Source of the DNA: Stylophora pistillata
Lineage: Eukaryota
Assembly: GCF_002571385.2 (NCBI RefSeq)
Contig: NW_019217912.1
Span: 443,380-507,379, forward strand
Direction of reading: 5' to 3'
DNA length: 64,000 nt
Within the stretch, counting starts at the first letter, position 1. The number at the start of each line of letters is the position of its first letter. This document shows, in pieces, positions 13,411 to 24,756 of the stretch. Under the pieces are notes generated by a model. It saw only the letters and a list, made by a program, of their open reading frames with translations. It was not told the origin of the DNA and did not search any database. A program made the translations under genes and the position numbers.

Positions 13411-14379
13411 GGACGGTCAGTGGAAACTCTTAGGTTCTTCAGATACTAATAATAACCATTTAAGACAGAGTCAAAGACTGCTTTACAGCGAGGCAGATGC
13501 GAATAGTTTGTGATCGAAATGAGTTTTTTCCAACCAACTTCATGCAAATACGACTAATTTTCCAAAAAAGAAAAAACAGCGCTTTGCAGTTGGGCATATA
13601 TCATAGACGGTTACTTTTCGAGCGAAAAGTTGGAATTAATTAACACATGCTTTCTTTTTGTGGAACAAGAAACAGACAGCAGTGTAAGGACGTAAAGGGT
13701 ACGTTAACTAAAAAAATTAAAGCGTAGGGTCTACTTTTAGAAGGACGCTTTATTTTTTATTGGATGTTAACATCGATCAGGTACTTCACGTTTCCTTTTT
13801 TTTTTTTTCTCTCTGCAGAACGCCCTATAGAAGGATGGCAACGGCATATCACAGAATAATACATTAATTTCGATTTAAGATTTCGGACAATAGTAAAACG
13901 TTTTGATTAATTAGGGTGTTAAAGTTATAGATCTTTAAATAAATGTAGTTAGAAAACATTTACAAATCAATCATTGCTGCAATAAAGAAACAATTTGGGA
14001 CATGTAAATATCTGTTGAAGTTTTGAAGTATCTAATGAAGTTTTGATGTAATGTTTTCGCCAAAAATCTTATATCTAAGGTACGTGGATCTCACTATTAC
14101 TATGATAAATGTATTTTTAAGTTAAAAACAAACTAAATCCAAGTAAATGTTATTAATTAAAATACTTCCTTAAATAATATAATGATAGCCTAAAGAAGAA
14201 TTTAACAACTACTCAACGATAAAACTTAATAAACATTAAAAAATAGAACTTATTTCTACATGTTATTAAACTAAAAGATGTTTTAAATAAATTTAAAGTA
14301 AAGACGCCCCTAGTTCATTTCATTCCCTCGCGAAATTTATTCTCTTTTTTGACGTTCTTCGCTACTCTGATTCCTGTAG

Positions 14380-15225
14380 AAAAACGCTGCGGTTGTGGTG
14401 GATGTTGTGGATGTGGTGGATGTGGTGGATGTGGAGATGCCTTCGATTCTGGTGGCTGTGATTACTTGGGAGGAGGCTGCGGTGGAGCACCTGGAGGCAT
14501 CTACGGACCAAGTTGTGGATGCGGTGGTTGTGGTGGATGTTGCGGAACAAACGACTGGTGTGCCCCTGGTACCATGTGCTCCAATTGCAAAGGAGGATTC
14601 GGTCCCCCAGTCACTTGCTCAGGATGTAACACCGGCTGCTGCCCTAGTCTCACTTTTCCCTGTCAATTTGGCGCCACTGTAAACAATCCTGGTTGTGAAT
14701 GTTGTAAAGAAAAGACCCCACCAGGAAAGTGCAAGTGGCCATGCATGTGGCCCTGCTGCTGTACCTGTACACCACCTAAATTTGATTTCAAACCACTGAA
14801 ACCTGAACCAGTGTGTCACTGCCCATCACCTCACAGTCACCACACAGCCTGTGGACATCACTGTTTAAGACGATCAAGTAAGTAGGGAAACTAAACGTAA
14901 ACCTGGGGGCAAACCTTCCTAACTTTGATTTAACAGCTTTTGATCTGAGAAGCTTTTAAATTGAGACTGTATTTCAATTTTGTGGCACAATATGCTAAAA
15001 CAATAGTTGTTTTAATCAGGATAATTATTCCCCTACAATAGGTAACGCATTCTTAATTTGTTTCTTTTGCCACCATTTTCAGGTAAGCGAGGCCCTGTAA
15101 AACGCAGCTTGATGGAGGAACAGCCATCTCCTTTTATGCCACTCCCACACAATTACGGTTATGCACCATTCTATAACCCATTCTTCAATGGTGTACCAAT
15201 GATGCCTTTTCCAAGGGCATTTTAA
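14380..15225 (+). CDS. Gene C cassette 3: Cys/Gly exon 14380-14877 plus terminal exon 15083-15225 (isoform ~408 aa)
   Basis: TGTAG| acceptor gives [11 protein letters not shown]... with the WPCMWPCCC domain. GTAAGT donor at 14878. Terminal exon SKRGPVKR-SLMEEQPSPFMPLPHNYGYAPFYNPFFNGVPMMPFPRAF*. Confidence 0.75.
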
Positions 15226-16348
15226 ACGATAAACAAGGTATTTCTGATATCTGAATCTTTAACAAAAGCTCAAATCGTTAACGCATCACAGTCATACCAC
15301 CAATTCGACGAAGAATTGGTCTCAAACACAACCCAAATTAACCTAAATCTCTCCAATTTATCACAACAGATCTCGTACCTTGAAAAGGAGCCTCAGATAT
15401 GGGAGAGATGACAAACATACACCTTCAAATCACGACGCCCAAGGCAATGCGGAACGAATGATGAACAATGAACGCTTCGTTGAGAAGAGAATTATTCATT
15501 TAGAGAAAAAATAATTTTTTCAATAACTTTCCATGCTATTCAGTTATAATATTGTAATACTGGTCAATAAATTGAGCAAAGGTTTAATATGATATCGATT
15601 CTGTGTGGTTTTCTTATATAAAATTGTAAACTGTGCCTTATGTTATTATTAACTTGTTGATATTACACTCGCAATACCTGGTCTTCTTAGGTTAAATAAA
15701 ACATATGATTAAGTGGGGAATACACCTTTCTCCGTCTGCGATGACGGTGGCTACAGATAGCTTTTACTCCATTACAGAAGTTAGTTGATTAGAAATGGAT
15801 TTGGAAGCACACTAAATGGCACAATTTCACAGAAGTCCACTACACATTCCTCAGGTACCACACATCTTGTTCATGTTTATCATAAAATAACATTTGCCTT
15901 GTGACTATGCTACATCTATCATACGCAAAGTTCTCATCTCTTCTTACCATTAATCTCCAATTTGGAGCCATTAACCATTCGTCAATTCACAATTATTCTG
16001 GCCTCTAAAACAATTTGTTGGCTAATAAGCAGCTACATAATGTAATGTAGACCTTGTAAGGTAAAACATAACGTGATCAATACTTGATGACATAATCCTT
16101 TGTATTCTTTAGCATAATCGCATCAAATGACTTACAAAGTATGCTTAACACAAGTGACGTACCTAAAATGTTGCCCACAAGTAAAGACATTAATGATTCA
16201 CTAAATAGAGTACTTAAGATATTAATAGTACTAATTTTTCCTTTTTTACTTCTTGTTAATATGTTTAAATGATAGTTTCTTGCATTCACTGACAGACTTT
16301 GACCGAGAAAATGTAAAAAATTTAAAATGAATGTTTCGTTCCCTTTAG

Positions 16349-17363
16349 GTATGAGTGGAAGAAAACGCTGCTGCGAGTACGGGTTTCGTGGCTATGGTGG
16401 CTTCGGTGGCTACAGTTTGGGTATAGGTGGGTCATGTGACTAGTGTGCTAATGCTACAATGTGTGCAAACTACAAGGGAGGCTTTAATTTGGACCACCGA
16501 TTGGACGTGGGGGCTGCAACTGTGGATGCTCTCCGAGTCTTACATTTCCTTGTGTATTTGGTGCTTGTGTCAACAATCCAGGCTGCGAGTGCTGTAAGAA
16601 GCCTCCCAGAGGCAAATGTATCTGGCCATGTATGTGGTCATGCTGCTGCGAGTACGATCCACCTAAGTTCAAGTTGAAAGCTCTAGGGCCCAAGTCAGTG
16701 TGCCAATGTCCAAACAGGCGTTGTTGCAGAAAACGCCCGACCCAAACAAGTATGTCCGATTCCTTCCTAATGTTATTGATACAAGTCTATTTTAAAGGGA
16801 TTGCAAACTCAACACAGGTTCTTTTCAATTTAGACAAAAGTATTAGCGTTTGAAGAGGACAAATAGAATTTCGCTAAAATTCCAGCCAGGAGGGAGCCGT
16901 GGTGGCCCACTGGTTGGGGCACTAAAGTCTGTAATAACAGGTCCTGGTTCACGTAATGGGACCTGCTTCTTTATTACGGGTCTCGTAAAGCTTTTTATCG
17001 TTGTTTTTGTTTTCAATGTTTGTATAAAACAGCAATAAATTGACGCTATATAAATACAAATTATAGAAATACCGTCGAAGTTAAACATATGGCCAGAATT
17101 TTGAGCCTTATTTCGATTTGTATTTTAAAATTGCTATTTTTTAAGAAACAGGCGAAACTGGCAAGAGAATTGTGTGAATTTCTCTGGCAGGTCACTTCGT
17201 CTCTCCCCAACAAGATTATAAACAGGCACCCAAAGCCTTTAAGGGGTAGCCTTGCCATAGACATGTATCCCGTCTGGGGGAGAGTACTATTCACCTGAAC
17301 TAACCGATCTCAATTAATTTCGGCAGGATGAGCCTTTAACCCCGGCAGCTGAATTTTACCGTG

Positions 17364-17394
<31 letters not shown>

Positions 17395-17570
17395 TTTTAT
17401 CATCAACAGATAACTAAGGTCCTGTTAAACGAAACCTGCTAAACTCTATTGGTGGGCCGTTTCCAAAAGCTTTTCCTCCATTCAGTTTCCCAATTGTCAA
17501 CGGCCTTCAAATCAAGCCTCAAGGTTTTCTTCAAGTTCCAAGTCATCTAGAAACCAGTCCACAAGTATAA
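16349..17570 (+). pseudogene. Gene C cassette 4, decayed (exons 16349-16749 and ~17410-17570)
   Basis: Homologous to the other cassettes (RKR-CC.., FGACVNNPGCECC, WPCMWSCCC, PPKFKLK). TGG>TAG at 16441 (DW>D*), a 5-nt insertion near 16486 shifts the frame, and an in-frame TAA precedes GPVKR in the terminal exon. Confidence 0.75.
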
Positions 17571-18361
17571 TCCAAAAGATCATGATAATAACGGCCACAG
17601 AAGGTAACATACAAATCATTTCCTAAGTTCATAAAACTTCATAACAATGTTCATAAAATTGACATGCACAATTCGACAGTTCTCTTTATTCCGATACTAT
17701 GATTGGTTTACTTCAAAATATAATAGGAGTTGATGACAACATTTCAAAGAATGTTTCTCAAAGGCAGCTTGATTGTTTTAACCTCATATTTCAATAATGT
17801 TGGTTTGTGTTTTGCAGTATTGCCATCCAGTAACACTTGAGAAATTTTCAGCCATGTTATCCTTTCGATCACAGCAGAAGAATAAAGATCCAACGACTAT
17901 ACTGCTTTATTTATCAAAAGAATGTGTAATAAAGGTTGAATAAAGTATCATTGAAGCCGTGCGCGCTTGCTTGTTACGTATAACTTGAAATGTATTGAGA
18001 TAAATCCCTTCACCGGAAAAAGAAAAACATCGTGGGAAAGTAATATCGTGTCCCTTAAACACTACTCAAAGCCGGTAAGTCTGGGAAGTTTGCAAGATGG
18101 GAGTGCACTTGCACACATTAAGGTAACCTTGGTTGGAAGCACATCTTAAATGGTCACTTTCTTGATACTCCAAGCGATATTACTTAGCAGCTACACAGAG
18201 AAAAACGCAACAGCAAAGATTTACAAGGCACTTCTAAGAAAACACTTAATTTGGCGGTAAACCCCAATTCAGTGTGAATTGTCAAATGATAACTCCTCTT
18301 TTGTCATGTTTCTCGAAGTTGTACTGCGTTTTCTTAGTCTGTGCTATTTAAAAGCTTGTAG

Positions 18362-19274
18362 AAAAACGTTGCGGATGCGGGTGCTTGGGATGTGGAGATT
18401 CCTTCGATTCTGGCGGCTGTGATTTCATGGGAGGCTACGGACCAGGATGTGGATGCGGAGGATGCGGAGGATGCGGAGGATGCGGAGGATGCGGAGGATG
18501 CGGAGGATGCGGAGGATGCGGAGGATGCGGAGGATGCGGATGCTGTGGACCAAACGACTGGTGTGCCCCCGGTACAATGTGCTCCAACTGCAAAGGAGGA
18601 TTCGGTCCCCCAGTCACTTGCTCAGGGTGCAATACCGGTTGCTGCCCAAGCCTAACATTTCCCTGTCAATTTGGCGCTACTGTGAACAATCCTGGTTGTG
18701 AATGTTGTAAAGAAAAGACCCCACCTGGAAAGTGCAAGTGGCCATGCATGTGGCCCTGCTGCTGCACCTGCACACCACCTCAATTTGATTTCAAACCACT
18801 GAAACCTGAACCAGTGTGTCACTGCCCATCACCACACAGTCACCACACAGCCTGTGGACATCACTGTTTAAGAAGATCAAGTAAGGCGTGTACTATTCTA
18901 TTTCCCCTCGTAAAGAGCAAGTGAAATTGTAATGGCATTTGTGTCCACGCTTAAAATAACTTAGGAAAGATAGGAACCTCGAGCTCCAACTTTGAATCGA
19001 GTAGCTGGTCAACTAGCCATCTTGAGAAGGAGCATCTATGTGAAGTGGCAAAAAGTCAGTCTCTAATGAGAATAATTGGTCACCTCCGATTCGGTAACTA
19101 TTTCACACTTTGTGTCCCGTTTACACTTTAGGCAAGCGAGGTCCTGTGAAACGCAGTTTGATGGTAGAACAGCGATCTCCTTTCATGCCGGTTCCATACA
19201 ATCATGGTTATGCACCATTCTACCACCCGTTCTTCAAAGGAGTACCAGTGATGCCTTTTCCGAGAGCATTTTAA
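18362..19274 (+). CDS. Gene C cassette 5: Cys/Gly exon 18362-18880 plus terminal exon 19132-19274 (isoform ~415 aa); recent duplicate of cassette 3
   Basis: TTGTAG| acceptor gives EKR-CGCGCLG.. with a perfect (GGAGGATGC)n expansion. 3' part nearly identical to cassette 3. Terminal exon SKRGPVKRSLMVEQ..FPRAF*. Confidence 0.75.
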
Positions 19275-21108
19275 ACTGATCAACAAGGTATTTGCTATAT
19301 CTTAAGAGAGCATTTTTCAAGAAAGCCGACAGTGTAGCCAAAAAGATGTCCACTGAAAGTTTTACTTCACTGCCCAAAGGTTCTGCCATGGCAGAAAGTT
19401 ACCTTTTCAGCCATTTCACAATCAAATTTCTTGTTTCCTTCTTCTATCATCAGAACTTGAGTCAAGTTAAACAAGACGCTAACACTGCAGAAAAACTTCA
19501 AAAAAATCTATTTTCTATTCGCCTAATTAAGACGAAAACTGCCTTAAACATGACGCAAATACTGACCTCTTTTCCTCTACTTTACTTTTCTAGATCTCAT
19601 TACTTCAAAAGAAGCCTTGGATTCGGAGAGATCAAAAACACACAGCATCACTTCAGCTCGCCTGAGGCAACATGGAGCAAATATTGAACACATCAATGCC
19701 TTATTGAAATAAATATTTTTCGTCTCGAAGAAAACGTTTTCGATAGCTTTGCACGCAAAAAGCCTGGTCAATAAATTAAGCAAAAACTGTAAAATGATGT
19801 GTGCTTTTATGAAACAATAATGAATTATTGTTGCTGCTCTTATTAGTTCGGGTCGTCCCAAGTCCCTTTTTGAAGCTTTATCGCGAATCACTTATAATAC
19901 TAATAGCGTTACTTATAACCATACAAAAATTTTTCTCCCATTTGGAAGATGGCTAAACACCTTGGACGTTTATGGAGAGTAGAATTGCATGCTTCCTGGA
20001 TTAACATCACAGAAGTCTACTTTATATCTTTCAGTCATCAGGAATCAAGTTATTAACAATGTTCATAAATTTACAACACGGGTTAATCAATCGGATTGAG
20101 GGTGTGAATAAAGTTCGAATGATAACTTTACTTCAGAAAAACAGACAAACAAACAAACAATCAACAACAACAAAAATTAGCGTAGCGCCCTACCCAGCTT
20201 ATATTTTTAATGAGTTGTTTCCTTTACGTTACGCCTTTATATGTTCAATCTACTTTATCTGCTGAGGTTACAAGGCTCCATTCTGATTTAATTGCATCCT
20301 GAGCTTGTAATGACCACACGTGTGTACCCACAGAAATGACGATCGAAATACGTTATTTTACTCCGAGATAGCCCGTGCGCAGCACTGTGACTGCACTCTC
20401 ACTAAGACGGGAATGCCAGGTTACGAGCGTGTTATATATTTTTACCATGCTCCTTCGTTCTATCCTACGAAGTGAGACCGAACTTCATTGGTGGTAAAAA
20501 ACGAAAGATTCGGGTTCGCTATACAGAAAATTAAGGTTTGGCCTTAAGATCTTAAAAGCCCTCCTTCTGCCATTAAGATACATAGTACCAGAATCAGTAA
20601 TTTGCCCAATAAATAATTTTAACCTTTAAGGACTTAATTTCCTCTGCAAGTGGAAATTGCGATGATTTCACCTGTGATCGATTGCCTTTTCAGAAAGGTT
20701 TTCCAACAAAAGTATCTAATCTATCAGTTTGAGGTGGTGGAGGGAGGATTGAGGTGGTAAACGGGTTACGATAAAACAGAAAAAGCGGAAGTGCATGAGC
20801 AATTTTATGTTTCGGCGATTCAAAACCTTTGTTGAAATTATCAAGGTTTTAGAGACTCCAGGATAACATAAAAGGGCTGGTTGCGCCACGCACTTGGTTT
20901 TTCTTCCTACGCGTTCAGAGCCCCATCTACACATATCTATAGAGAGATAGATAGATAGATATCTGTATATATAAATATCAGTAATTGTGAAATCTACCCG
21001 TAATAGACAATGAAATTGAATTCCTTTGACCTTAGTTAAATTTGAATCCGAAGTCCCCCAACACTGGCGCTCTATAAGTGGATTCACTTGGTAATTAGAG
21101 ACTAAACA

Positions 21109-21741
21109 ATGACTGATATTTTAAGAAAAGATAAGAAGTTCCCATCGCTGTCGACGAAAAAATCGCGTAAGAAAATTCTGTGGCGTTTAATATTTTGTTG
21201 CATTGCCACTGTTTCAACTCTACCAGGCATTTGTTCCGCAACCGAAGGCGTTGGTTGCGAAACTCTACAGAAAATGTTTGATTCTACTGTAGTTTATCCA
21301 GGAAATCACTCAAACAATATTGGATCAAGTTCTAACAACAGCTCAAGACGTCTGCACAGTGGAAGAGCGGAACGGAATTTAGGCCCAAGAAGCGTTAAAC
21401 GAACCGGCAGTGTTGGCTCTACAAGAAATCCCGTCTTAGCTAAGATTAAAACAGTTTGCAGATTATTGGAGAAGGCTTTGAGTAGTCTGAAGGATTTAGG
21501 TCAAAACACAACGAAAGATGTAGAGGGACGAGTAACCAAAGTAAACGATAAGTCTTCCAAGCCGAAGCCATCTTTTCCTTGCTTTCCTCTTTGTGGTTGC
21601 GGTGGATGTTGCTTAATGCGTCCAATGATAATGTACAAGGTAAAATACACTCCACCAAAATTCAAAATGAAACCTTTAAAAGCAAAAGCGAAATGCGGCT
21701 ATCCACACTATGGAGTCTATCTTGGTCGGAAAAGGAGATAG
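21109..21741 (+). CDS. Gene D: probable secreted/signal-anchored precursor with a short Cys-rich C-terminal peptide, 210 aa
   Basis: Basic N-terminus, then hydrophobic ILWRLIFCCIATVSTLPGIC. The tail CGCGGCC...TPPKFKMKPLK..C shares the PPKFKxKPLK motif with the gene C cassettes. Confidence 0.6.
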   Translation: MTDILRKDKKFPSLSTKKSRKKILWRLIFCCIATVSTLPGICSATEGVGCETLQKMFDSTVVYPGNHSNNIGSSSNNSSRRLHSGRAERNLGPRSVKRTGSVGSTRNPVLAKIKTVCRLLEKALSSLKDLGQNTTKDVEGRVTKVNDKSSKPKPSFPCFPLCGCGGCCLMRPMIMYKVKYTPPKFKMKPLKAKAKCGYPHYGVYLGRKRR

Positions 21742-22296
21742 TTCTGAGAGTTTGATGATCCCTTAATAACGTTTATTAAACAGTTTGTTGATTAAATACC
21801 TTTCCTTTAACCAGGCAACGGTACATCTGAGAGGTGACCTTTTGAAAAGCATCTTACTCGAAAAAGATAATTAGTTCATAATCTTGATCAATTCATTTAC
21901 TGATTTAAAACTTGATTCTCTTATTGTTAACAATTAACGAATCAATGGTCAACTACGAGCGCCAAGAACTTTACAATCTTTCTCAATCTTTCTCAATCTT
22001 CAACATTGTCCAAACACTTTCAAGATCTAAGCATGAATGATTGATAGCCCAAAGTCTCTGATAATATAGTGACCTGTTAACTTAAATGCTCGATAACACT
22101 AGGAGTCAAGGTGGCAAAAGGTCTTGGCATTTTTTCATCTTTTTATCTTTCCACTTAGTGAAGAAAACTTTTAAAACATGCTTTGTATGATAAAGTACCC
22201 ATGGCATCACAGCAAAGAATTCCTTACTGTTAGCTGAACGATGCGGTCGGACTTTCAAACAAAGGGGAAGAGGAACTGGGAGAAATATGGACTGAA

Positions 22297-24756
22297 ATGT
22301 ATGAAGTTGTCAAGTTTGCTTTTGTATTGACTCAGTTTCAGTGTTTCATAGTTGGAATATACAATAACAAATCAAGTGAATATAATTACGTTACATACTT
22401 TAGACGTCTACAACATATCAAAGATTTCAATGGTTTAGTTATTCAGGCAATCGAAGACTCAAAACCTTTTTCAAAAAGACTACTGTTGATTCAAAAAAAT
22501 GGTCATGGTTTTTCCGTTACGAAGAGAATGGAAGAGGAAAAACCCGAAGGTCCAGTGCACTCTATTTCAAGAGAGAACTTTAAAAAACTTTACGAGATTT
22601 TAGAAAACGCATTGAAAAGGCTTAACGATTATGAAAACGATGGTGAGACTGACGATAGCAAAGAGCCTGATGTAGGGAGCGACAGTGAGGATCATACCTT
22701 GAAAGGCACGCAAGACAACAAAGGAAAACCTAAAGATAAAGGGAAGAAAGGGAAATTAAATGAAGATCAGTCAGGCGATTCTTCGACGCAAGACGGATCC
22801 GTATGTTTTATGCCCTGTGGGGGTAGTGGTGGTGCATGTTTCAATCCATCCGCATGTGGTTGTTCCTGCTCTGATTGCTTACCATGTCAGCCACAGTCTT
22901 GTATGATGCCACCATGCTGTCCTTGTTGTTGTAACCCTGGAGGAAAAAAACTGGAAGACGTCTGGATGATGCCAACACTGATCGTATCTAAGCCTATTCC
23001 AGCTCCTCTCCCACCTGGTGAAGGACCAAAACTCTGGCTACCATCCTGGTTGACAGATAGACTAGGACTCCCACCCTCTGCTGGCGTTGGGAAAGAAAGT
23101 AGAAAGGAAGCTGGTGGAGGAGCAGCCGGTGGTGAAGCTGGAGGAGGTGCAGCTAGTGGAGGTGCAGCTGGAAGTGAAGCTGGTGGAGGGGCTGCTGGTG
23201 GAGGAGGTGCTGGTCGTAAAGCTGGTGGAGGTGCAGCTGGTGGCAAAGCTGGGAGAGGTGCAGCTGTGGGAGGTGCAGCTGGTGGAGAAGCTGGTGGTGG
23301 AGTAGTTGGTGGTGGAGCAGGTGGGGGTGCAGCCGGTGGAGGAGCACTTGGTGGGGGGGCAGCTGGTGGGGGAGGAAATGGTGGTGAAACTGGTGGAGGT
23401 GCAGCCGGTGGGGGTGCAACTGGTGGAGGAGAAGCGGGTGGTGTAGCCGGAGGGGGAGCAGCCAGTGGTAAAGCTGGTGGACATAAAGCTGGTGGGGGTG
23501 CAGCAGGTGGAGGTGTAGCAGGTGGAAGTGCAGCTGGAGGGGGAGCAGCTGGTGGGGCAGCAGCAGGTGGAGGTACAGCTGGAGGGGGGAGAGCTGGTGG
23601 GGGGGCAGCTGGTGGAGAAGCAGGCGTGAAAGCAGCTGGTGGTGGAGGGGGTGTTGAAGGAGAAACGGTTGCTGGAGGAGCTGGAGGAGCTGGAGGAGGG
23701 GCAGCTGGTGGAGGAGGAGCTGGTGGAGGGGCAGCTGGTGGAGGGGAAGCTGGTGGAGGGGCAGCTGGTGGAGGGGCAGCTGGTGGAGGGGCGGCTGGTG
23801 GAGGGGCAGCTGTTGGAGGGGCGGCTGGTGGAGGGGCAGCTGGAGGAGGGGCAGCTGGTAAAGGGGCAGCTGGTGGTGAGGCTGGTGGAGGAGGGGGTGG
23901 AGGAGGAGCTGGTGCAGCAGGTGGTGGGGGAGCAGCTGGTGGAGGAGCTGGTGGAGGGAGGGCTGGAGGAGGGGCAGCTGGTGGAGGGGCAGCTGGTGGA
24001 GGGGCAGCTGGTGGTGGAGCTGGTAGAGGAGCTGGTGCAGCAGGTGGTGTGGGAGCAGCTGGTGGAGAAGCTGGTGGAGGAGCTGGTAGAGAAGCTGGTA
24101 GAGGAGCTAGTGGAGGGGGGGCTGGCGGAGGGAATGCTGCTGGTGGTGGAGCAGCTGGTGGAGTAGGAGGTGGTGGAGGAGCAGCAAGTTTAAAAGTAGG
24201 TGGTGGAGAAGCAGCTGGAGGAGAAGGTACTGCAGAAACAGCTGGTGGTGGAGGAGCAGGTATTAGCATAGATGCAGGTGGAGGAGTGGGAGTTAGTGAA
24301 AACGTTGGTGGTGGTAAGGAGGGAGGAGGAGGGGGAAGAGAGGGAGGTGGAGGACAAGGTAAGGAAGGAGGACGAAAAGGAGGTGGAGGTGGATACTCAT
24401 TTAGTTGGAAAATTGGTGGGAAAGAGGCTGGGGAAGGGAAGGGTTCTGGTGCCAGTGAAAGCAATGGTAAAGTATCTAAAGGAAAAGAAAAGGACAACAG
24501 AGAAATGGTCTTATCGGCTGTTGAATCATCTGATATAAAATCTAAAGGACACACAGCTTTATCAAATGAAGATCTGTTTCCTCAAAGTTTAGAGGTTGAA
24601 GAACTACAAGGGTCTGGTAACAGTTACACTAATGGCAAAATATTTCAAGGAAAGGAATCTGGTAATAGAGAAACTGCAACACCAATTGCAGACTTATATT
24701 CTATTAAACCTAAACAGTATATGACTCGAATTTCAGGATCAATTAAACTTAGATGA
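22297..24756 (+). CDS. Gene E: secreted Gly/Ala-rich silk-like protein with an upstream Cys cluster, 819 aa, single ORF
   Basis: Hydrophobic N-terminus, charged pro-region, Cys cluster (CFMPC..CGCSCSDCLPC..CCPCCC), then a ~360-residue GGGAA/GGEA repeat block (~23110-24185) within a longer Gly-rich stretch. Confidence 0.75.
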   Translation: MYEVVKFAFVLTQFQCFIVGIYNNKSSEYNYVTYFRRLQHIKDFNGLVIQAIEDSKPFSKRLLLIQKNGHGFSVTKRMEEEKPEGPVHSISRENFKKLYEILENALKRLNDYENDGETDDSKEPDVGSDSEDHTLKGTQDNKGKPKDKGKKGKLNEDQSGDSSTQDGSVCFMPCGGSGGACFNPSACGCSCSDCLPCQPQSCMMPPCCPCCCNPGGKKLEDVWMMPTLIVSKPIPAPLPPGEGPKLWLPSWLTDRLGLPPSAGVGKESRKEAGGGAAGGEAGGGAASGGAAGSEAGGGAAGGGGAGRKAGGGAAGGKAGRGAAVGGAAGGEAGGGVVGGGAGGGAAGGGALGGGAAGGGGNGGETGGGAAGGGATGGGEAGGVAGGGAASGKAGGHKAGGGAAGGGVAGGSAAGGGAAGGAAAGGGTAGGGRAGGGAAGGEAGVKAAGGGGGVEGETVAGGAGGAGGGAAGGGGAGGGAAGGGEAGGGAAGGGAAGGGAAGGGAAVGGAAGGGAAGGGAAGKGAAGGEAGGGGGGGGAGAAGGGGAAGGGAGGGRAGGGAAGGGAAGGGAAGGGAGRGAGAAGGVGAAGGEAGGGAGREAGRGASGGGAGGGNAAGGGAAGGVGGGGGAASLKVGGGEAAGGEGTAETAGGGGAGISIDAGGGVGVSENVGGGKEGGGGGREGGGGQGKEGGRKGGGGGYSFSWKIGGKEAGEGKGSGASESNGKVSKGKEKDNREMVLSAVESSDIKSKGHTALSNEDLFPQSLEVEELQGSGNSYTNGKIFQGKESGNRETATPIADLYSIKPKQYMTRISGSIKLR

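Noticed and set aside
584-19274. Calling genes A-C metallothionein, minicollagen or galaxin
   Set aside because: They are secreted precursors with no Gly-X-Y, no CRD spacing and no galaxin-type spaced di-Cys repeats; no gene symbol is supportable.
22887-24554. 555-aa Pro/Ala-rich minus-strand ORF
   Set aside because: Antisense shadow of the GGN/GCN repeat of gene E; it has no signal peptide and ends near the repeat.
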